Source: a virus | Lineage: Duplodnaviria > Caudoviricetes | Strand: one strand, 5' to 3' | IMG/VR virus record: IMGVR_UViG_3300013121_000034 | Coordinates: 1 to 64,000 of that record | Length of the DNA stretch: 64,000 nt | Shown: positions 19,769 to 29,204 of the stretch, piece by piece | Numbering within the stretch: position 1 is the first letter of the stretch | Layout of the letters: each line of letters starts with the position of its first letter | Program-made: the position numbers and the translations under genes | The notes under the pieces: model-generated | Databases searched by the model: none | What the model saw: the letters and a program-made list of their open reading frames with translations, nothing else | What the model was told of the DNA's origin: nothing

Positions 19769-20149
19769 ACTTTTTCTGTTCGCCGTTAAGGCTGTCGAAA
19801 ATGCTGCTCATTTCACAGGCTCCCCTTGATTGACAGGCTGCGCCGGAATTTCCTTACCGCGCCAATCACGATTGGTTTCAGGACGTCCGTAATGGTTTCC
19901 GGGCAATTCAAACCCGGATTCTTTTCGGAACGTATCACGGCCAGCGCGAATCGAACCATTTGCTGTTGAGCGACTTGCTGAAATGCTCGCATTCGTGCGC
20001 TGATTGAAACCAACGAAACACTGTCTCGCGCGAAGGACGCTTCGCAAGCAATGCACGTGCGGCGCGCACGCCTGCGTCGTAATTTTCGTGAGTCGTTCCG
20101 TAGTTACGCGGATCGAGCCAATAAAGAATAGTGTCTACAAAACCGCGTT

Positions 20150-20422
20150 TCATGTTGCGTTTCCTTTCTCTTGTAGTTCCTCAAACGGCAACACGGTACG
20201 TTGAGGCTGCGCAATAGCGCGCACGGCATGCATAAAAGCGTCCTCGCCGTGTTGCGCCGCTAGTGTCACTTGGTCTTGGTTGATCGTATCGCCACGCTCA
20301 CGCAGATGATCGATCAATCCGTTGAAAACAGCTTCCAAACGCTTGATGGCGTTCATATCTGCAATTTCGGCTTCGCTCAGATCGCGATAACCGCTAATCT
20401 TTTTGTGTTGATTGTCGACCAT
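20150..20422 (-). CDS. acb2: Anti-CBASS cyclic-nucleotide sponge Acb2 (T4 Vs.4 family)
   Basis: DNQHKKISGYRDLSEAEIADMN at the N-terminus and M.AVRAIAQP at the C-terminus match the Acb2 pattern. Confidence 0.88.
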   Translation of the reverse strand: MVDNQHKKISGYRDLSEAEIADMNAIKRLEAVFNGLIDHLRERGDTINQDQVTLAAQHGEDAFMHAVRAIAQPQRTVLPFEELQEKGNAT

Positions 20423-20606
20423 CTTCGATTTCCTGTTTCGCCTGCGTCATAAAATCATCGACGTAGTAGGCCATAACGCCTGCATAGATAAGCAGCATAA
20501 CGACGGCTAACCACAACAGCCAACGATTAGATGGCGGCTTCTTTTCGTCGACCCACCCACCATTATTGCGTGAGTGTGACATTGGTTCGCGCCAGTGATT
20601 TGACAT
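20394..20606 (-). CDS. Small membrane protein
   Basis: One transmembrane segment WLLWLAVVMLLIYAGVMAYY. Confidence 0.55.
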   Translation of the reverse strand: MSNHWREPMSHSRNNGGWVDEKKPPSNRWLLWLAVVMLLIYAGVMAYYVDDFMTQAKQEIEDGRQSTQKD

Positions 20607-20609
20607 GAG

Positions 20610-20876
20610 TTATATCCACTCCGCTGAGTATGCGACCGCCGCTATTACGATGCCCATGCTTATCAGCACGGCAAGGCAGCCGACCCGCGGCGCATCTTCT
20701 TTTGGCTTGTTGGCCTGATAGCAAATTTCGCAATCAAGCCCGTCGCGTCTATGTCCGCACGCAAAATGCGTAGTCGATCCGAACTCTGGATGCTCGTCAA
20801 AGAAATCTTTGTGACGAGCATTTTCTGCGTCTTCTTCGGGTGTGTTGGGTCTGTCCTTGTAGGGTTCTGCCATCAC
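20610..20876 (-). CDS. Small C-terminally anchored membrane protein
   Basis: CGH..CEIC plus C-terminal hydrophobic helix. Confidence 0.55.
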   Translation of the reverse strand: MMAEPYKDRPNTPEEDAENARHKDFFDEHPEFGSTTHFACGHRRDGLDCEICYQANKPKEDAPRVGCLAVLISMGIVIAAVAYSAEWI

Positions 20877-21757
20877 ACAGCAACCGGGGCTTTGATAAGC
20901 GGGTGCGGATTGTAGTCGTCGATCACAATGGAATCGATGGTGTAGTTGTCGATGCTATCAATACCCTCCGATAGCAAAAGTTGCGGCAACGGGCGCGGTT
21001 TGCGGCGTAGCTGCTCAACGACCTGCTCGACGTGATTTTGATAGATGTGCACGTCGCCGAACGAAATAATCAACTGTCCGACGTCCATTTCGGTTTGCGC
21101 TGCGATCATGTGAGTCAGCAACGCGTAAGACGCAATGTTGAAAGGCACACCCAAAAAGTAATCGGCGCTGCGCTGATACATATGGCAGGACAGCGAACGC
21201 CGGACCTTTCCTCCACGAGAAACCTTTTCGTTCACGTAGAACTGATAAAACGCATGGCACCACGGCAACGCCGTCTTGCCAACGAGCGGCGGATTCCATG
21301 CACTGATAATATGGCGACGACCCATAGGGTCTTTTTTCAAACCGTCGATCAGATTGGCGATTTGATCGGTGTGAATAATACCCGTTGCATTGCAAGTTTC
21401 GCAGGCTCCCAAAGAACCTAAACAAACATGACACGTAGACGGCCATTTGCGCCACATCATGCCGTAGGTGTTCGGTAGTTTGCCTTTGTCCGGCCCTTCT
21501 TTTATTTTCCATTCCTCCCAAATCGTGCAGCCGTTATCGTCCATGAATTTGGGATCGTCTGTCCCCATCAAAAACCACAACAACTCGACTTTGATGCTGT
21601 GAAAATGCACCTTCTTTGTCGTGAGTAGCGGGAAACCTTCGTCCAAATCGAAACGTAGCTGCTCACCGAATAGCGAGTAAGTACCAACGCCCGTTCGGTC
21701 GGGGCGCTTCTCGCCATGCTTCAAAATCTTTTCCATCAAATCGAGGTAGTTACGCAT
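20873..21757 (-). CDS. thyA: Thymidylate synthase with a Cys4 insertion
   Basis: DRTGVGT, GFPLLTTKK, ELLWFL, ALPWCH, YQRSADYFLGVPFN, GDVHIYQNH. Confidence 0.97.
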   Translation of the reverse strand: MRNYLDLMEKILKHGEKRPDRTGVGTYSLFGEQLRFDLDEGFPLLTTKKVHFHSIKVELLWFLMGTDDPKFMDDNGCTIWEEWKIKEGPDKGKLPNTYGMMWRKWPSTCHVCLGSLGACETCNATGIIHTDQIANLIDGLKKDPMGRRHIISAWNPPLVGKTALPWCHAFYQFYVNEKVSRGGKVRRSLSCHMYQRSADYFLGVPFNIASYALLTHMIAAQTEMDVGQLIISFGDVHIYQNHVEQVVEQLRRKPRPLPQLLLSEGIDSIDNYTIDSIVIDDYNPHPLIKAPVAV

Positions 21758-21799
21758 TCGAGGCTTCCTTCTGTTCGCGACGTTGTTTGGTGGCTTCCA

Positions 21800-22300
21800 T
21801 TACGTGTATTTGATCGGACGCCCGCGCTTCTTTTGTCGCGCGGTATTGTCTCGCAGCATTCTGCGCCAACGCATCAACATGCGCCCCAACACATTCTTAC
21901 CTTTACCGTTCACGGTTCCCCAATAGTTGTCGCCCCACCAATTGCCTTCGATCAATTCTGCGTCGCCGGTTGCGAGCAGTTTTTTCGCAAGACGTGAATC
22001 GGGAGCAAACTTAATCTTCAAGCCTTTCCACATCACACGTTGCTTACGCGGCGGACGCAAACCGGAGTCATCCCAATCGGGATGGATTTTCTTGCACTGC
22101 CTTCCAAGCTTTTTTGCTTGGCCTGCTGTAGCTGCAAGACGGATCAAATCGTGCGTGTCGTCATCAACCGCTTTGCTAGCCTGATACCAATGCTCGTTCG
22201 ATTTGTAGCTACGCTTATCGATTACAAGCGGCTCACCCTCGTAAAAGTTTGAGAGAAACTCATATTCGCCTTCAAACGAATCGATAACCGTGCGACTCAC
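21800..22300 (-). CDS. NADAR (YbiA-like) family protein
   Basis: FLSNFY, EHWYQASK, AKKLGR, LLATGDAELIE, DNYWG, GKNVLGRMLM. Confidence 0.92.
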   Translation of the reverse strand: MSRTVIDSFEGEYEFLSNFYEGEPLVIDKRSYKSNEHWYQASKAVDDDTHDLIRLAATAGQAKKLGRQCKKIHPDWDDSGLRPPRKQRVMWKGLKIKFAPDSRLAKKLLATGDAELIEGNWWGDNYWGTVNGKGKNVLGRMLMRWRRMLRDNTARQKKRGRPIKYT

Positions 22301-22755
22301 GCTGGCACCATGATTTCGATTGGCGTTATTCCACGCGCTATCAACTGTTTCTTGGCGCGCGTGCGGTTACGCCGCGCAATCGTTTCCGGTTTCAAATTTC
22401 CTTTGCGCTGCCAATCATAGTTTCTTTTTGCCCGCGCATCTGCTGCTAGTCGTTCTACGCGTGCACGAAATACAGGGTCTTGATTTCGACGCATGAGGCT
22501 TTGGCGCGAAGCTTCTCTGTGAGCCTCTATAAATTTCGGATCGGCACGCCTCTTTTTCATAGCGATGCGCAAGGCTTCCTTACCGCGCGGAAAACCTAGA
22601 GGCCCATATCTGTCGTTGGCGTTGCGCAGCGCGCTGCTGGTTATTTTCAACTCTCGCGCGGCTTCGGATAATGACATTCCATCCTTCGCCATTTGCTTCA
22701 CCGCTGCAATGCGGTCGTCGTCCCACGGCTTCTTAATCGTTGCCTTTCGTGCCAT
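22297..22755 (-). CDS. GcrA-like HTH protein
   Basis: WDDDRIAAVKQMAKDGMSLSEAAREL resembles the GcrA N-terminal WTDERV..L..L...G.S.S.IA..L. Confidence 0.55.
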   Translation of the reverse strand: MARKATIKKPWDDDRIAAVKQMAKDGMSLSEAARELKITSSALRNANDRYGPLGFPRGKEALRIAMKKRRADPKFIEAHREASRQSLMRRNQDPVFRARVERLAADARAKRNYDWQRKGNLKPETIARRNRTRAKKQLIARGITPIEIMVPA

Positions 22756-23149
22756 TGGCTTTTCCTTTTCGCTTGTATCTCACTATGAGTCGTCGCACGC
22801 CGACAACACGGCATAAATTTGTCATGTGCGACGTGCCGGGACCGCCCGGAAATGAAATGAGCAGCCCGAACCGTTCTTTATTCCACATTTCGGCGTTGCG
22901 TCGCCGTCCAGCCTCCGTATCGTATTCATCCCAATCCGCAGGATAGGGGAGTCGTTCAACGTCGTTTGCTTTGCACCAATTGTCGGCAAACGTATCCACG
23001 CCGCGCGCAGAACCGTGCACCAATTTCGTGAAGCGAAATTTTCGATGCGCCATAGACAAGACGCGATGCACGAATTTTTCGTCTTCGAAATCGCGTCCGC
23101 CGGTTACGCACGCCTTATCATAGGTCTTAGCCAAGTTGATCGCGTTCAC
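22733..23149 (-). CDS. DUF2493 / YspA-like SLOG family protein
   Basis: VTGGRDF, LVHGSARGVD, YPADW, AGRRRN, FPGGPGTSHM. Confidence 0.85.
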   Translation of the reverse strand: MNAINLAKTYDKACVTGGRDFEDEKFVHRVLSMAHRKFRFTKLVHGSARGVDTFADNWCKANDVERLPYPADWDEYDTEAGRRRNAEMWNKERFGLLISFPGGPGTSHMTNLCRVVGVRRLIVRYKRKGKANGTKGND

Positions 23150-23750
23150 GCTGCAAAATGTCGTTCCACAGAGGCGGCATAAACGTTTCGTTCTTAAACG
23201 GTTGTTCGCTCGCCAAATGTGCTGTGAATGCTGCGCTCGCAGTCACATCGGCATAACGATGAATATGCGAAACGACTGTCACTTTCGTCACCGCCTGATA
23301 ACGCGTGTAGGTTTTCGCGCCGCCGCAAATCCAAATCGGCAATTCCTGAAACGCAATTTGCAGCGTGTCACGAATGCCTTGCAAATAGTCGTGCAGCGGA
23401 ACGTTCTTGTTGTCGCGCAAAACCATGCGACCGGAACTGCGCATGTATGTGATCGGCGATCCGAAAAACGTGTCACGGCTAACCGTGATTGGCACGTTCA
23501 ATTTCTCAATCGCTTCCATGAACTCAGCGTGCGATATGTGACCGAAAATCAAAACGCCCGGTGAAGTCGTTTTGCGAAAGAACGCCATGTCTTTCGCAGA
23601 ATGATAGATCAAACGACCATCTGCGCCGAGACGACCTTTGGCGTCCACAGCGCAGATTGCACGAATGTTGAAATCGAGTGGCGATACGTTGTCGGGATAC
23701 GGCGTCAAAGAATTTGTATCGAACGCGGTATCAGATTGCATTTCAGGCAT
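23127..23750 (-). CDS. Divergent dihydrofolate reductase-like protein
   Basis: AICAVD...LG..G.L......DMAFFRKTT; WICGGAKTY; near thyA. Confidence 0.65.
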   Translation of the reverse strand: MPEMQSDTAFDTNSLTPYPDNVSPLDFNIRAICAVDAKGRLGADGRLIYHSAKDMAFFRKTTSPGVLIFGHISHAEFMEAIEKLNVPITVSRDTFFGSPITYMRSSGRMVLRDNKNVPLHDYLQGIRDTLQIAFQELPIWICGGAKTYTRYQAVTKVTVVSHIHRYADVTASAAFTAHLASEQPFKNETFMPPLWNDILQRERDQLG

Positions 23751-24219
23751 GGGCTTTCCTTCGCCGTTTGGGCTTTGCGGGTCGTGCTTCCTTTACCTTT
23801 GCGGCTTGTGCTGCAAACCGCTTCGCACAATCGGCATGAAACGTTTTGACGACTTTCCCGCATTTCGTTTCGATCTTGGAAACGAGTTCGTCAAACGATT
23901 CATCATCGCGCCATCCTTCGACGCGACGCACACTCTGCAAAGCGATGTTGGAATGCCCGCCATAATGCTTGTGCGTTGAATGACCGTAAGCGGCTGCACA
24001 TTGGCGAACGAGTAATCGCGCGTTCGTGTAAAGAACGTACATGCAAATAGAGCGCAACGCGGTGCGCAAGCTATTTGAACGTCGCGATGGAGGAACGAAA
24101 AATTCTGGCGCTATATGGAATTGCGCGCCGACAATTTCAGCGACGCGTTTTTCCAGCGCGCGAAGCTGCGGGTCGCTTGCTATCGCGACGTGTTGTTTTA
24201 TGTGATCTATTTTTGGCAC
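23743..24219 (-). CDS. Stand-alone DnaA domain IV-like HTH protein
   Basis: RSICMYVL...AAYGH...HSNIALQSVRRVEGWRDDESFD resembles RQIAMYL...FGRDHTTV..A...IE..RDD..FD. Confidence 0.55.
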   Translation of the reverse strand: MPKIDHIKQHVAIASDPQLRALEKRVAEIVGAQFHIAPEFFVPPSRRSNSLRTALRSICMYVLYTNARLLVRQCAAAYGHSTHKHYGGHSNIALQSVRRVEGWRDDESFDELVSKIETKCGKVVKTFHADCAKRFAAQAAKVKEARPAKPKRRRKAHA

Positions 24220-24580
24220 GTGTAATTGTCTCTGTCACTACGGAGAGTCTTACACGCTTTACCTTAGCACCCTTCAACACATCACGTATGCGTCGCTTCT
24301 CAATTGGGTCGATCAAATCGCTTTGCTGATAGACTTGCAACGCTCTGCGCGCCAAGTCGGGACAGAATACTAGATAAGGAATCCGGCGATCCCAATACTC
24401 CGCAGGCAACATATATTCGGCAGTGAAAAGAACGCCATTATATCCTAGCGTCGTCTTGCCGTTGCGGTCGGTCGACGGCGTTTTCAACTCGATTCCCCAC
24501 GCATAGAGCGGAGAATGCCGGATGATTGCAGTGTTCATACGACCCACGTAATCGTTTGGTGGAGAGTTTCGATATGCCAA
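24137..24580 (-). CDS. Hypothetical protein
   Basis: ORF in run; start uncertain. Confidence 0.5.
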   Translation of the reverse strand: MAYRNSPPNDYVGRMNTAIIRHSPLYAWGIELKTPSTDRNGKTTLGYNGVLFTAEYMLPAEYWDRRIPYLVFCPDLARRALQVYQQSDLIDPIEKRRIRDVLKGAKVKRVRLSVVTETITRAKNRSHKTTRRDSKRPAASRAGKTRR

Positions 24581-25269
24581 TCTTTACCGTATGTGTCGTG
24601 CTGAATCACCTGAGCGAAATTGTTGTCACGCAAATAATAGACCGATGCAAAACGGAAACGGAAATTGTAGACGGCAGCAGCGGCAGCCTTTCGGCTTTCG
24701 AAACGCACGTGAAAATAGAACTCGCGTTCCAGCACCGTGTTTGGAATTGCACTGAGTTGTGCGATTTCGTGATCCGTTTTATCGCCAGCGTGTTTCAAAA
24801 ACACGGCGATGGACGCCATATCGCGTATGTAATCACTGTGACCGTAAAGAACGTATCTGATTTTGCATTTGTAGCGCATGTAAATCGGCGCTAGTGAAAA
24901 CCACGGATAGACGTTTGGTTTGGAGGGGCCGCTGTTGTGCGCGTCGAGTTTATACGGCACGCGTTCTTGTCTGACAGGCTCAATTACAGCCGCCGAGTCA
25001 CGCCAAAGGCGACGCTTTTCCTTTAGCGTCGCCTGATCGTCACGGTCAAAAACTTTAGCAGAGGAAAACGAATATGTGCCGCCTTGAATCGACAATTCTT
25101 CGGTCGACGGCGCTCGTGCTAGAATTTGCGAAGCAGGAACGCCATCAAAATACAGCGTGCCTTGTCCTAGTGAATGCGGCTCCACGCTGTCGTCCTGAAT
25201 TTGATGAACTTGGGCAAATCGAGTGGGGACGACGAATATCCATTCGGCGGAGCAGAAAGAACGCTCCAT
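24535..25269 (-). CDS. Hypothetical protein
   Basis: Long ORF; true start probably downstream, near 25185. Confidence 0.55.
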   Translation of the reverse strand: MERSFCSAEWIFVVPTRFAQVHQIQDDSVEPHSLGQGTLYFDGVPASQILARAPSTEELSIQGGTYSFSSAKVFDRDDQATLKEKRRLWRDSAAVIEPVRQERVPYKLDAHNSGPSKPNVYPWFSLAPIYMRYKCKIRYVLYGHSDYIRDMASIAVFLKHAGDKTDHEIAQLSAIPNTVLEREFYFHVRFESRKAAAAAVYNFRFRFASVYYLRDNNFAQVIQHDTYGKDWHIETLHQTITWVV

Positions 25270-25703
25270 TCTGATTCATCGGGAATCGTAGGTTCGTCAG
25301 CATCCAGCGGCAACTTGTCGAGCATTCTGCGTTGTTTTTCTGTTGGACGGTGCAGAACATGCGCGTGTGCGCCAGAAACCTTTATCCAACCTTTTTCTTC
25401 GGCAACGGTGTCGCAATTCACGTAGACGTCGCGCTGTGAGCGGCCATAATCGTTTTCGAAACCGCACGCGAAGGACAGCATTATGTGTCCTTGGAAATTG
25501 CACGGCACGAATAAGCCGTTCGGTAGCACCCATCCGTTTTTGCCGTCGTTCGGCATAAACAATTCGTACTTTTCAATATCGCGTTCTGCGTGATGCCGTT
25601 TTATTTTGACCGGCTTTTCGCTCGCCAATTCGAGTGGATGACGACGACCGATCAAACGGTCAATGATTTCCTCGTGTTGGAAATAGACATACGCGTCGCT
25701 CAT
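25167..25703 (-). CDS. Hypothetical protein
   Basis: GWVLPNG...GH...GWIKVS...TEKQ pattern seen in phage hypotheticals. Confidence 0.65.
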   Translation of the reverse strand: MSDAYVYFQHEEIIDRLIGRRHPLELASEKPVKIKRHHAERDIEKYELFMPNDGKNGWVLPNGLFVPCNFQGHIMLSFACGFENDYGRSQRDVYVNCDTVAEEKGWIKVSGAHAHVLHRPTEKQRRMLDKLPLDADEPTIPDESEWSVLSAPPNGYSSSPLDLPKFIKFRTTAWSRIH

Positions 25704-25808
25704 TTTCTTCCCTTTGCGGTTCGATCTTCAATGCACTCCTGCATCAACAAATTAGAGTGCCACGTCGACCCGGCAATGCTTTACCACAACGGGAGATTGT
25801 AGGCGCAC

Positions 25809-26645
25809 TCACACCTTTAGAGCCTTCTTTATGGCATCTACGAGTGCGTTTTCGTTTACATAGCGGCTCGTGATGAAAATTTTGGCTTCTGGAAATTCTT
25901 GTTTCGCAACAGCCGTTGTTCCTCTGAATATAGAGGCCGACTTGTATTGTGCGTCCCACAATTGGGTCGGTATTTTTGTAGAACGAATATCAACTACACC
26001 TAGTAATTTGTTTCTTAGTTTCAACGTAATGGACGCGCGTTTCTTCTTTGATTTTTTGTCGTTACACGGAAGGACGTCGTTCGCTTTCACTATCAGTTCT
26101 GGAAATCTACGGCCTAACTTGCTAGCAATTATTTTGGCGTGTCGAATTTTGAATTTCGAAACGTTGTCCGCGTCTTGATTTGCTCTTACAAAAATGCAAT
26201 TAGAATGGACGATCTTAGGTTCAGCAATGACGACCGCACGTTTTTCGCTATCATACTCCAGCAAAAATTTGAATTTAATCGACTTGAGTTTTAGGCAAAG
26301 CAAGTCTAAGTCTGCGCGAGGATTCAGAAAAATAATCGGTATATTGAATCGTTTGCCAAAATCTTTATAACCATTTCCTTGACGCGTGTGTAGTGCAGGA
26401 AATCCGTCTGTTTTGATTTCTATTGCAGCTATAATATGCCCTCTGCAAAGAACTCCGATATCGATACGCATATTACCTGACGTATGCGCCTTCGAAGGCA
26501 CCTTGCACTCCAAAACCGCCTTCAAGCCAACCTTTCGAATTGTATGATATACCTCGGCTTGAAATGTCGCCTCATTATCAAAGAGCGGCTTGTAGTAACC
26601 GATTATTGGTGACTTGGCCTCCGGCCAGATACGCATAGACGACAT
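25809..26645 (-). CDS. PD-(D/E)XK nuclease-like protein, AT-rich, probably mobile
   Basis: E...Q...LE......RIDIGV....AAIEIK core; lower GC than flanks. Confidence 0.6.
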   Translation of the reverse strand: MSSMRIWPEAKSPIIGYYKPLFDNEATFQAEVYHTIRKVGLKAVLECKVPSKAHTSGNMRIDIGVLCRGHIIAAIEIKTDGFPALHTRQGNGYKDFGKRFNIPIIFLNPRADLDLLCLKLKSIKFKFLLEYDSEKRAVVIAEPKIVHSNCIFVRANQDADNVSKFKIRHAKIIASKLGRRFPELIVKANDVLPCNDKKSKKKRASITLKLRNKLLGVVDIRSTKIPTQLWDAQYKSASIFRGTTAVAKQEFPEAKIFITSRYVNENALVDAIKKALKV

Positions 26646-26689
26646 ATTAGGCAGCCTCCAGAGTTGAGGGCTGCCGAAAAAGAAAACAA

Positions 26690-26930
26690 ACAAGGGCAAA
26701 AAAACAAAAGAAAATCATTCTAAGAGATTCATAGGATACTCGACAGGAGTCCCGAAGGGACTCCATAGAGACATTTCTCTGAGATGACTGAGATGATTCA
26801 AAATGTCTGAGAGACATAAGAGATAAGAACGCATGCGCACATTCTGCTGCCCCAAAATGGAGGGTAGCATTCGCTTCGCTCATGCTACGCGTCGCGTTGC
26901 TGCGGCCTTCGCTTCGCTCCGGCCTTACAA
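26690..26930. other. Hairpin cluster at the strand switch, candidate replication origin
   Basis: A-rich tract, GGAGTCCC-GAA-GGGACTCC (26746-26764), and two stems sharing loop TCGCTTCGCTC (26864-26888, 26904-26924). Confidence 0.45.
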
Positions 26931-27242
26931 CGCTCGCGTGATTATGGGAGAGGTTTTGACCCAAGTTCATTTCGTCTCATTCATCGCATGCACATAGAAC
27001 ATTAGTCGCGCGTTATGACCCCTTTACCATTCGATTTCAAATCACGCTGTAACTTTGTCCAAAGACCAGAAAGTCCATGAAAAACAATTACGCGACTACC
27101 CCTCTATGCGCGACGCAAGACGCAAAAATTCGAGGCTGCGTAGTAGTTCGGAAACTACCGGGCCTTCATAAACCTTGGGGTGCCTCGGCGCTAGGCTGGC
27201 GGGTCCGCCGGACGTGAACTTTTTCCTTTCCGCGTGACTGGA

Positions 27243-27270
27243 CCTTTACCACACATGCATAAGGTAAAGG
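27243..27270. promoter_or_regulatory. Back-to-back GGTAAAG motifs, candidate divergent phage promoters
   Basis: CCTTTACC-N12-GGTAAAGG between the two divergent gene arms. Confidence 0.6.
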
Positions 27271-27303
27271 TCGGATCAGCAAGTCAAATTAGGAAGGCTT
27301 GGA

Positions 27304-28344
27304 ATGAGTGACAACGCTGATATGAGTCGCCCCAATACGCTCGCCATAACGTATCGCCCAACGAAATTGAAGCATTTCTACGGCAACGAAACGACTGTCT
27401 CGATTATCAAAGGCATGCTGGAGAACAGGCGTATTCCACGCGCCATTCTTTTTTGCGGCCCTACAGGCTCGGGCAAAACAACGCTCGCGCGTATCGTCGC
27501 GACGGCCATAAACGAGGCCGAAACGTTCCGCAAATCCGGCACCAAATATGCCAACTGCGGTTCGGAAGGCGGTGTCAACGATGCGCGTGGATGGCTTGAA
27601 GAAGCTAGGTTTTTGCCTGCTCTGAATTTCCAAATCTTTTTGCTTGATGAAGCGCAAGGTTTGACGAAACCGGCGGTCGATGCGCTGCTCAATCAATTGG
27701 AGTCGGAAAATTCTCGCGCCGTTTGGCTGCTATGCTCCAATGAGCCTGATCGATTGATCGCAACGCTCAAAGGACGCTGCAAAATACTCACGGTGCGTTA
27801 TCCCGATGAAGACGCGGCGCTGCGTCTTATGGGACGCGCGTGCGATGGCGAAGGTTATTTGCAGCCTATCGAAAAATATGAGCGCGAACTCAAACTTTTT
27901 TATCGCATGAGCGGCGGTGATCCGCGTGTCATGCTATCAGGCTTGTCCAGCTTCGTGGATGCGTTCGGCAAAAAGCCAAAGCCGGGCAGCGTCGATAAAT
28001 CGCGCATCATGGAGTTGTTCCAAGCGCCATCATCATTGCAGATCGATTTCCCGCTCGTGGATTATATCCTGACCGGAAAAGTTCAGGCTATCGTGAGCCG
28101 CATTCGCGGCTTCATCTGGCGCATGGATATGAAATTCACGGCTGATTTGCTTAAAGATTTGACGACGGCAATGGAAAAAGCCGTGATGGAAAAGAGTAAA
28201 GACGCCGTAGACATTGCTAAGGTGTGCGAGAAAATCGGAACGGCGGCAACCAAAATCACAGGCGCTCCGGTGATGATTAGCGCGCCTCTCATTTACGGCG
28301 CGATCATTCAATCAGCCATGTATATGCGCGATCCTAGGAGATAA
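27304..28344 (+). CDS. dnaX: DNA polymerase III gamma/tau-like clamp loader subunit
   Basis: LAITYRP, GPTGSGKTT, LLDEAQGL, LKGRC. Confidence 0.85.
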   Translation: MSDNADMSRPNTLAITYRPTKLKHFYGNETTVSIIKGMLENRRIPRAILFCGPTGSGKTTLARIVATAINEAETFRKSGTKYANCGSEGGVNDARGWLEEARFLPALNFQIFLLDEAQGLTKPAVDALLNQLESENSRAVWLLCSNEPDRLIATLKGRCKILTVRYPDEDAALRLMGRACDGEGYLQPIEKYERELKLFYRMSGGDPRVMLSGLSSFVDAFGKKPKPGSVDKSRIMELFQAPSSLQIDFPLVDYILTGKVQAIVSRIRGFIWRMDMKFTADLLKDLTTAMEKAVMEKSKDAVDIAKVCEKIGTAATKITGAPVMISAPLIYGAIIQSAMYMRDPRR

Positions 28345-28349
28345 AGATT

Positions 28350-28688
28350 ATGGGTGCAAAAGACGAACGTGAACAACGCATTCGAGACGAAATGGCCTTG
28401 ACGCGCGACGTTTTGCGCGAGATCGATCATCTTCGACACAAGGAAGGGCTGCCGGGAAAAGTTTTGCCTACGGAAGCTATGGTGGAACGCGCCGTTGAGA
28501 CGGTGAAAATTCGTAATGGCTGGCATTTGGCTATGGTTTGCTACGATGGCGCGCGTCTGTCTTCCATATACATATGGGAAAAAGAAGGCAAGAAGGCTGT
28601 TCGCTTCGAGTTGGCTATAGGCTCGCGAAATCCAGAAGCGTATGCAGAAGAAATTCGACTAGCGCGCGATGAAACCATCCACGCTTAA
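28350..28688 (+). CDS. Hypothetical protein
   Basis: GGAG RBS; 112 aa. Confidence 0.6.
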   Translation: MGAKDEREQRIRDEMALTRDVLREIDHLRHKEGLPGKVLPTEAMVERAVETVKIRNGWHLAMVCYDGARLSSIYIWEKEGKKAVRFELAIGSRNPEAYAEEIRLARDETIHA

Positions 28689-28700
28689 TGAGGGAATGAT

Positions 28701-29192
28701 ATGCGTAACATTTGGTCGTCTATGAAAGCGGAATCGTGGGGAGCATGGTGGAGCGCCGTCAAATACGCCTTCAACAAAAAGAAGACGGGCTGCGAGTTGT
28801 TGATCGTGTCGTTTATCTGGCCGAACGATGATCCAAACCAAGCCGATGTTTTTGTCAGCGAACTTTATACGAACGTTACGGATTTCCAGCATCATTTAGG
28901 TGCTGGAACGTTGTCGTTTTATGCAGACGGTGCTTATGCTGTCATGCAGGATGAAAACGTGCATCAACTACGCAGCACCGATCAGAGCAAACTCACAGTG
29001 CTGCCAAAAAAGAATATGACGCGCGCACGCATGTATTACGTCCTCAAAGACGGCGCTTACTTGCGCTATCAGATGATCGGCGATTTCGAATATCGCACGG
29101 ATAGCCAAGCAGAAACACGTCGACGTGACGACATGGACGTGAACAAAATTATGGTTTCGCCGTCATCTGAAAGCGCATTTGTTCGATCATAG
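28701..29192 (+). CDS. Hypothetical protein
   Basis: 163 aa ORF in run. Confidence 0.6.
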   Translation: MRNIWSSMKAESWGAWWSAVKYAFNKKKTGCELLIVSFIWPNDDPNQADVFVSELYTNVTDFQHHLGAGTLSFYADGAYAVMQDENVHQLRSTDQSKLTVLPKKNMTRARMYYVLKDGAYLRYQMIGDFEYRTDSQAETRRRDDMDVNKIMVSPSSESAFVRS

Positions 29193-29204
29193 AGGAATTT
29201 CACC

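Noticed and set aside
26647-26970. 107 aa minus-strand ORF
   Set aside because: Overlaps the hairpin and low-complexity origin-like tract and has an unprotein-like composition.
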